From: a virus
Lineage: Duplodnaviria > Heunggongvirae > Uroviricota > Caudoviricetes
Strand: one strand, 5' to 3'
IMG/VR virus record: IMGVR_UViG_2698536618_000013
Length of the DNA: 4,470 bases
Both the position numbers and the translations under genes were made by a program. Below, piece after piece: positions 1-4,470 of this stretch (within the stretch, counting starts at the first letter, position 1; each line of letters opens with the position of its first letter). A model generated the notes under the pieces. That model did no database searches. It was not told the origin of the DNA and saw nothing but the letters and a program-made list of their open reading frames with translations.

Positions 1-421
1 TCCAGTCCAGAATACGCAGTTCTTTGATCTGCCCCCGGGAGTTACGGATTTTCAGCACCACCGTATTGCCGTGACGCAGTTTGGCGTTCAGCCACAGTTC
101 AAAAAACTGGATACGATTCTGCTGGGCATTGGGACGACGACAGAGGCGGGCAATATCTCCCCGGCGCGTTTCCCTGCGTATCCCCTGCGCATCCGTCTGC
201 ATAAGACGCAGCCGCATTTTGGCGATATCCTGGGATATCAGCGAAATACATGCAAACACCGCATGAAAGGAGAGGACAGCTTCCGGATCGGCTTTCACGG
301 CCTGCTGCCAGGCGCCGGAAAAGGGCTCAGCCACCGCCTGAAACAGGCTGGTCCAGCCCGCCTCTTTTACATCACGTCCTGATTTCTGGTTTTTTCGGGT
401 TCGTCGCAAAAAGTTCCACAT
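1..421 (-). CDS. Phage portal protein (HK97-type / Phage_portal-like), N-terminal ~140 aa; 3' end runs off the window start
   Basis: Hand translation of the minus strand from ATG at 421..419 gives MWNFLRRTRKNQKSGRDVKEAGWTSLFQAVAEPFSGAWQQAVKADPEAVLSFHAVFACISLISQDIAKMRLRLMQTDAQGIRRETRRGDIARLCRRPNAQQNRIQFFELWLNAKLRHGNTVVLKIRNSRGQIKELRILDW, open to position 1. Not in the ORF track because there is no stop inside the window. An in-frame TAG lies two codons upstream of the ATG, and GGAG sits 8 nt upstream. The pattern (M-x-FxRR start, AV.AC[IV]..IS..IA, RRPN....F.E, GN...I.N..G.I..L) matches my recollection of portal N-termini; this is recognition from memory, not a search. Confidence 0.6.
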   Translation of the reverse strand, partial: MWNFLRRTRKNQKSGRDVKEAGWTSLFQAVAEPFSGAWQQAVKADPEAVLSFHAVFACISLISQDIAKMRLRLMQTDAQGIRRETRRGDIARLCRRPNAQQNRIQFFELWLNAKLRHGNTVVLKIRNSRGQIKELRILDW

Positions 422-632
422 TCGCTATGCTCCGCATCATGTTTCTTTTTCTGACCCGCCGGACGTCGCGCTGTGATGTACTCCGCCTTCATCAGGCGAA
501 CCAGCACCTCCGCACACGGCTGTGCGACATCCCGGATATCCCCGGGCCGGGCATCATGTGTACCCTGCAGATATCGGATTTTTGCCATCAGTTACTGCGG
601 GACGCTCTCACCTCCCGCCCTCCTCATCAGAC

Positions 633-2570
633 TCAGCCGCCGGACGCACTGCCGTAGTTCACACCGGTGATCACAGCCACCGCCGCAGTACGGCGACGAC
701 GCCAGTTGATCCAGCGCTCCGCACGGATGGCCACGCTGCCGGTCTGGAACATGGAAACCAGCTCCACCGGCGACGGTGTGGTGCTGTCGCCGCCCGGCTC
801 AGACTGCATTTCCAGTGACGCTTCACGGGACATATCCACTGCCACACCGCCGTCATCCGCCAGATAAATATCCGGTGCATTCACCAGTACCAGCTGGTCA
901 CCCACATACTGGGAGACAATCACCGGAAGCCCCTGAAAGATCCCGCCCAGCAGGGTCATGTCCGGATATTCCTTCTGACCCAGCGCATTTTTACGCATGG
1001 ACAGCGCCAGGGCATTCGTGCTGGACATCAGCCAGACAGCACCAGTGGGCTGCAGATTTGCCGTCACAAACTGGCCAAACGCGGCCTCGGCATCCGCATC
1101 CGGGTTACCGGTTGATGCCGTGCCCTTCACATCATGGGTGATGGACGCCGGGGAGACATCCGCCACCGCAGCTTTTTTCGGGTCCACAAAGTCTGTGTCC
1201 AGACGCGCCACCACCGCTTCTGCCAGCGCATTACGGACCAGTGCATCAGCTGCCGGACTGGAAAAACGGATCAATTCTTCCGTCAGTACCGCAATGGCCG
1301 ACACCTTCGCATGACTGAAGGTGATGGATTCAAAATCAAACTTCGTCAGGGGTTTTGCCTTACCCTCCCCCACCCAGCCGGCAGCACCGCCGGACACCTG
1401 GGCATGCACGCGGATATTGAACGGCACCTGACGAAGAGCAGGGATCCCGCCCTGACCAAATCGCCCGATAATGGTCTGAGGACGCAGGTAATCAATAAAG
1501 TCCTGTGCGTATTCCTGATATTCAGACAGGCTGCCTGCCCACTGTGGGTCCGTGGTGGTCCCTGCCCCCACCGCCGATTTCAGGACATGATGCAGACGGC
1601 TGTCATCCGGATACTGACGACGGGCCACTTCCAGGGCTTCAGAGCGGACACCTTTAGCCGCGGCCAGTGATTTGGCAAAGCGGGCGAAACCAATCCCCTT
1701 CTCCAGTTTCTGCTCAACACGGATCACCGGCGCTGAAGCCACCGTGGCCACATTCCCGTTACCGGCCTGTTTCACCGGCTGTGCCGTGGCGGCCTTACTG
1801 GTTTCCAGTTCACGCAGACGCTTCAGGTGCGCATCCACCTGACGGATTTCCGCTGCGGTGTTGTCGTAGTGCTCTTCCTCTTCCACATCCAGTGTGCGGC
1901 CTTCCTCTGCGGCTTTGTTCATGATCTCCTCAAGGGAGGCTGCCAGCGCCGCACGCTTGTTTTCAAAACTTTTAATCTGTTCACCAGTATTCATTGCTGA
2001 CTTTTCCTTATGAAAAGAGGTTATTGACTGTGCCGAAGCGCCGGCAGAAGATGCGATTTTCACCACCGGTTTCCGGTTGCCGGACGCGGCAGAAAACGGG
2101 CGGTCGAAATATTTAATGGTCCGGATGGTGCATTCCGCATTCGCGGGCACGGTGACGGCAGACACCTCCATCAGCTCCCAGCGCAGAAAATGCAGTCCGC
2201 CTCCGTCCAGATAAGTGTATTCATGGGGCCGGAAGCCCACAGAAAGCCCCCTGACCAGCCCGGTCTTAATGGCAGCCCAGGCCTCATCCAGCCGGGCTGC
2301 CATCTGGGAGGGCATCCCCGGATCCGGCTTCACCAGCATTGCCGTGATTTCCAGCCCTTCGCTGACCCGGCGTACCGTACACTGCCCCACCGGGCGGGAA
2401 TGGTCATGCTGCCAGAGAAACGGGATCGCACTGCCAAACTCCGCGCCCTCCGGCTCCAGGATGTCACCATCCCGATCCGGAGAAGGCGTTGACGCAATCC
2501 CGGTGATCACCCGTTCATCCTCACTGAAGGATTTCACCGTCAGCAGGGAACAGGCCCGTTTAAGAGTCAC
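633..2570 (-). CDS. Prohead protease (HK97 / peptidase S78-U35 type) – delta (scaffold-like coiled coil) – HK97-fold major capsid protein, single fused polypeptide (~645 aa)
   Basis: ORF track 633..2609 (658 aa). The N-terminal ~160 aa carry protease-like motifs FLWQHDHS (His 55/57) and GLSVGF (Ser 110). A coiled-coil-like segment follows (EQIKSFENKRAALAASLEEIMNKAAEEGRTLDVEEEEHYDNTAAEIRQVDAHLKRLRELE). The C-terminal ~370 aa look like a capsid shell domain (FDFESITFSHAKVSAIAVLTEELIRFSSPAADALVRNALAEAVVARLDTDFVD, ending ...VAIRAERWINW...). I place the start at GTG 2570..2568, 5 nt after AGGAGG (plus-strand CCTCCT 2576..2581), by exact nucleotide identity with the start region of the upstream paralog. 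The track's ATG at 2609 lies inside the paralog's coding sequence, has no ribosome-binding site and would translate through the AGGAGG. Stop TGA at 635..633. Confidence 0.85.
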   Translation of the reverse strand: MTLKRACSLLTVKSFSEDERVITGIASTPSPDRDGDILEPEGAEFGSAIPFLWQHDHSRPVGQCTVRRVSEGLEITAMLVKPDPGMPSQMAARLDEAWAAIKTGLVRGLSVGFRPHEYTYLDGGGLHFLRWELMEVSAVTVPANAECTIRTIKYFDRPFSAASGNRKPVVKIASSAGASAQSITSFHKEKSAMNTGEQIKSFENKRAALAASLEEIMNKAAEEGRTLDVEEEEHYDNTAAEIRQVDAHLKRLRELETSKAATAQPVKQAGNGNVATVASAPVIRVEQKLEKGIGFARFAKSLAAAKGVRSEALEVARRQYPDDSRLHHVLKSAVGAGTTTDPQWAGSLSEYQEYAQDFIDYLRPQTIIGRFGQGGIPALRQVPFNIRVHAQVSGGAAGWVGEGKAKPLTKFDFESITFSHAKVSAIAVLTEELIRFSSPAADALVRNALAEAVVARLDTDFVDPKKAAVADVSPASITHDVKGTASTGNPDADAEAAFGQFVTANLQPTGAVWLMSSTNALALSMRKNALGQKEYPDMTLLGGIFQGLPVIVSQYVGDQLVLVNAPDIYLADDGGVAVDMSREASLEMQSEPGGDSTTPSPVELVSMFQTGSVAIRAERWINWRRRRTAAVAVITGVNYGSASGG

Positions 2571-2598
2571 ATCAGCCTCCTGAAAATAAAAAAACCGC
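1746..2598. repeat. Tandem direct repeat, copy A (853 bp): covers the 5' ~825 nt of the protease–capsid fusion gene plus its AGGAGG site and upstream T-run
   Basis: By-eye alignment with 2602..3454 at a constant offset of 856 nt. 2339..2598 is identical to 3195..3454 (260 bp); 1746..2338 versus 2602..3194 shows roughly 40-45 substitutions and no indels (~93% identity, hand count). Confidence 0.95.
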
Positions 2599-3426
2599 AA
2601 AGGCCACATTCCCGTTACCGGCCTGTTTCACCGGCTGCGCCGTGGCGGCCTTACCGGCTTCCAGTTCACGCAGGCGCTTCAGGTGCGCATCCACCTGACG
2701 GATTTCCGCTGCGGTGTTGTCGTAATGCTCTTCCTCCTCCACATCCAGCGTGCGCCCTTCCTCTGCGGCTTTGGTCATGACCTCCTCAAGGGAGGCTGCC
2801 AGCGCTGCACGCTTGTTTTCAAAACTTTTAATCTGTTCGCCAATATTCATTATGGTCTTTTCCTTATGAAAAACGGTTGTTGACTGTGCCGCAGCGCCGG
2901 CAGAAGATGCGATTTTCACCACCGGTTTCCGGTTGCCGGACGCGGCAGAAAACGGGCGGTCGTAAGATTTAATGGTCCGGATGGTGCATTCCGCATTCGC
3001 GGGCACGGTGACGGCAGACACCTCCATCAGTTCCCAGCGCAGAAAATGCAGTCCGCCTCCGTCCAGAAAGGTGTATTCATGGGGACGGAAGCCCACGGAC
3101 AGCCCCCTGACCAGCCCGGTCTTAATGGCCGCCCAGACCTCATCCAGCCGGGCAGCCAGTTGCGACGGCATATCCGGTACGGGCTTCACCAGTGTTGCCG
3201 TGATTTCCAGCCCTTCGCTGACCCGGCGTACCGTACACTGCCCCACCGGGCGGGAATGGTCATGCTGCCAGAGAAACGGGATCGCACTGCCAAACTCCGC
3301 GCCCTCCGGCTCCAGGATGTCACCATCCCGATCCGGAGAAGGCGTTGACGCAATCCCGGTGATCACCCGTTCATCCTCACTGAAGGATTTCACCGTCAGC
3401 AGGGAACAGGCCCGTTTAAGAGTCAC
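2572..3426 (-). CDS. Prohead protease + delta/scaffold domain protein (284 aa); truncated tandem paralog of the protease–capsid fusion, lacking the capsid shell domain
   Basis: ORF track 2572..3426. GTG start at 3426..3424, 5 nt after AGGAGG (plus-strand CCTCCT 3432..3437). Residues 1-77 are nucleotide-identical to the fusion gene; both catalytic motifs (WQHDHS, GLSVGF) are intact. The ORF runs through the coiled-coil region to ...QAGNGNVA, then reads 9 junction-derived codons (FAVFLFSGG) and stops at TGA 2574..2572, one nt before the fusion's GTG start. Expression is not proven. Confidence 0.7.
   Translation of the reverse strand: MTLKRACSLLTVKSFSEDERVITGIASTPSPDRDGDILEPEGAEFGSAIPFLWQHDHSRPVGQCTVRRVSEGLEITATLVKPVPDMPSQLAARLDEVWAAIKTGLVRGLSVGFRPHEYTFLDGGGLHFLRWELMEVSAVTVPANAECTIRTIKSYDRPFSAASGNRKPVVKIASSAGAAAQSTTVFHKEKTIMNIGEQIKSFENKRAALAASLEEVMTKAAEEGRTLDVEEEEHYDNTAAEIRQVDAHLKRLRELEAGKAATAQPVKQAGNGNVAFAVFLFSGG
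2576..2581 (-). promoter_or_regulatory. Shine-Dalgarno AGGAGG for the protease–capsid fusion gene; it overlaps the last codons of the upstream paralog
   Basis: Plus-strand CCTCCT at 2576..2581, 5-nt spacer to GTG 2570. The paralog's TGA stop (2574..2572) sits inside that spacer. Confidence 0.7.
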
Positions 3427-3454
3427 ATCAGCCTCCTGAAAATAAAAAAACCGC
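2602..3454. repeat. Tandem direct repeat, copy B (853 bp): contains the 284-aa protease/scaffold paralog and its ribosome-binding site
   Basis: Same alignment as copy A. The copies are head to tail, separated by 3 nt (AAA, 2599..2601). Flanking unique sequence is accGTG|GCCACATT on the left (about 1741..1753) and AAACCGC|CGGAGCGG on the right (about 3448..3462). Confidence 0.95.
3432..3437 (-). promoter_or_regulatory. Shine-Dalgarno AGGAGG for the 284-aa protease/scaffold gene
   Basis: Plus-strand CCTCCT at 3432..3437 is AGGAGG on the minus strand, with a 5-nt spacer (CTGAT) to GTG 3426. Confidence 0.7.
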
Positions 3455-3464
3455 CGGAGCGGTT
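3438..3464 (-). terminator. Candidate intrinsic terminator or attenuator between the terminase and protease genes
   Basis: The minus strand reads AACCGC-TCCG-GCGGTT (6-bp stem with 4 GC pairs, 4-nt loop; plus-strand 3449..3464) followed directly by TTTTTTTATTTT, then AGGAGG and the GTG start. The stem is short, so this may be only a partial terminator. Confidence 0.4.
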
Positions 3465-3489
3465 CGTGATGGTTACAGTGTGAACAGGG

Positions 3490-4470
3490 TTATATGAAAA
3501 AAACCGCATATTCTTTCTTTTTCGGTTCCGGGTTAAGGGACATCAGGGAGACCGCATTGAACAGCGCCATCAGCGGGTCAATTTTTCCCCGTCCACTGGC
3601 CTGTTTGGTGATAAGAATGGCGTTACCTTTAGGCTCCACCCGGGCATTGCCGACACACCAGGCCATCAGGGGCTGGTCACCATGCACCAGCACCCCTTCA
3701 GCCAGTTTGCGCTCGGTGGTTTTAATGGCCCCGCCCAGTTTCCAGCCCTGGCTTATCCCCACCACAATTCCGTCGGGGATCCCGGCTTCCGCCAGTGAAT
3801 CCAGAATCTGCCCCACCCCTGACGGGTCAATACCGATATGGTCCAGTAACTCAGCCTCATGAATGCGACGCACATATTCCGCCACTTCCGCCGTGTCATC
3901 CCCGACACGCCGGACAATGGTCATATCTCCACAGGCAACAAGATCCTGAAACCGGGACGCCTCGCTCTTCCGTCGGACCACCGCGGTTTCATGCGCCCAG
4001 GCATGGCCCCAGCCCAGCCATTCGCGGGTCTCCCGGTCACGCCCAATCACATACATCCCCAGCAGATCATCCAGCCCTCCGCCGTCAATCCCCACCGTCA
4101 CCACATCAGCACGACGCAGGATATCGTCCAGGCTGATACAACGGCCCTGCTCTTCCCAGAAATCAGCCCCCGCCCAGCGGTCAGAGCGCAGGGCAAGACC
4201 AATTTCCACATTGGCGTGTTTTGACATGAACCCCCGGAATGTCTCTTCACCGGCTTCCCGGGCTTTACGGTACTCCCGGTACAGAAAGGCCTCATCCACC
4301 GAATAACCGAGATTCGGGTTAACCATGGCGAGATTTTCCATCAGCAGGTGAGCCCCGCTTTCCACCATTTCAGGAGGATGCTCAAAAATCACCGGCAGAA
4401 AGTGCGGATCATGAATTTTGCCGTCACGGACATCCCGGGCGTACTGCAGTTTCTGTCTGAACACCCCGGC
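3490..4470 (-). CDS. terL: Phage terminase large subunit, C-terminal (nuclease) portion; 5' end lies beyond the window end
   Basis: ORF track 3490..4464 (324 aa); the frame stays open to position 4470, so the track's GTG start is an artefact of the window edge. Motifs VTVGIDGGGLDDLLGMYVIGRDRE, IGIDPSGVGQILDSLAEAG and GNARVEPKGNAILITKQASGRGKIDPLMALFNAVSLM resemble the C-terminal nuclease region of Terminase_1-type large terminases, from memory. Stop TAA at 3492..3490. Confidence 0.8.
   Translation of the reverse strand, partial: AGVFRQKLQYARDVRDGKIHDPHFLPVIFEHPPEMVESGAHLLMENLAMVNPNLGYSVDEAFLYREYRKAREAGEETFRGFMSKHANVEIGLALRSDRWAGADFWEEQGRCISLDDILRRADVVTVGIDGGGLDDLLGMYVIGRDRETREWLGWGHAWAHETAVVRRKSEASRFQDLVACGDMTIVRRVGDDTAEVAEYVRRIHEAELLDHIGIDPSGVGQILDSLAEAGIPDGIVVGISQGWKLGGAIKTTERKLAEGVLVHGDQPLMAWCVGNARVEPKGNAILITKQASGRGKIDPLMALFNAVSLMSLNPEPKKKEYAVFFI

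Noticed and set aside
367-588. 73-aa minus-strand ORF between capsid and portal
   Set aside because: No ribosome-binding site upstream of its ATG, no recognisable motif, and its last 55 nt overlap the better-supported portal start in another frame. It may be real, but the sequence alone does not support it.
71-1924. Plus-strand ORFs 71..382, 81..266, 250..657, 473..670, 522..818, 667..867, 776..1141, 997..1314, 1134..1670, 1667..1924
   Set aside because: All lie antisense to the well-supported minus-strand portal and capsid genes. Their translations are Arg/Pro/His-rich with no recognisable motifs, typical of antisense frames in GC-rich coding DNA.
2587-2593. Slippery-looking T_TTT_TTA heptamer in the upstream paralog's frame at the duplication junction (possible programmed frameshift joining the two paralogs)
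   Set aside because: A -1 shift here hits TGA after about 8 codons. Entering the fusion frame needs a +1 shift, for which there is no recognisable signal. The T-run is better explained as the terminator/UTR T-tract.
2571-2609. ORF-track start of the 658-aa ORF at ATG 2609
   Set aside because: It lies inside the upstream paralog's coding sequence, has no Shine-Dalgarno site, and would translate across the T-run and AGGAGG. The homologous, nucleotide-identical start with AGGAGG is GTG 2570. ATG 2609 cannot be fully excluded without N-terminal data.
3426-3428. ATG at 3428..3426 (and its copy at 2572..2570) as alternative start codons
   Set aside because: Each is followed immediately by an in-frame TGA; the productive start is the overlapping GTG one nt downstream.
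2190-3439. Plus-strand ORF pairs 2190..2492 / 3046..3348 and 2215..2583 / 2972..3439 with near-identical proteins
   Set aside because: They are the antisense image of the 853-bp tandem duplication; their similarity is explained by the repeat, not by a second gene family.
1746-3454. The repeat as an insertion sequence, transposon or CRISPR-like array
   Set aside because: Only two copies, 853 bp each, directly abutting and entirely coding. There are no terminal inverted repeats, no transposase, and no short repeat-spacer periodicity.

Overview
The whole window reads as one minus-strand phage, prophage or phage-satellite head-morphogenesis block in GC-rich DNA; an enterobacterial host is only a guess from codon feel. 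Reading 5'->3' on the minus strand: the C-terminal ~325 aa of a terminase large subunit (3490..>4470), a 63-bp spacer with a hairpin plus T-run and an AGGAGG ribosome-binding site, a 284-aa prohead protease plus coiled-coil scaffold (delta) protein (3426..2572), a ~645-aa protease–delta–major capsid fusion (2570..633), then the N-terminus of a portal protein (421..<1) that the ORF track misses because it has no stop inside the window. The most striking feature is an 853-bp head-to-tail tandem duplication (1746..2598 and 2602..3454): the 284-aa gene is a duplicate of the 5' part of the fusion gene. The two copies are 100% identical over 260 bp at the 5' end and about 93% identical over the remaining ~593 bp, a mosaic pattern. 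The gene order (terminase, protease/capsid, portal) is also non-canonical. All plus-strand ORFs in the track look like antisense shadows. No tRNA, rRNA, CRISPR array, transposase or integrase is visible. All calls are from reading the sequence by eye; no database search was run.
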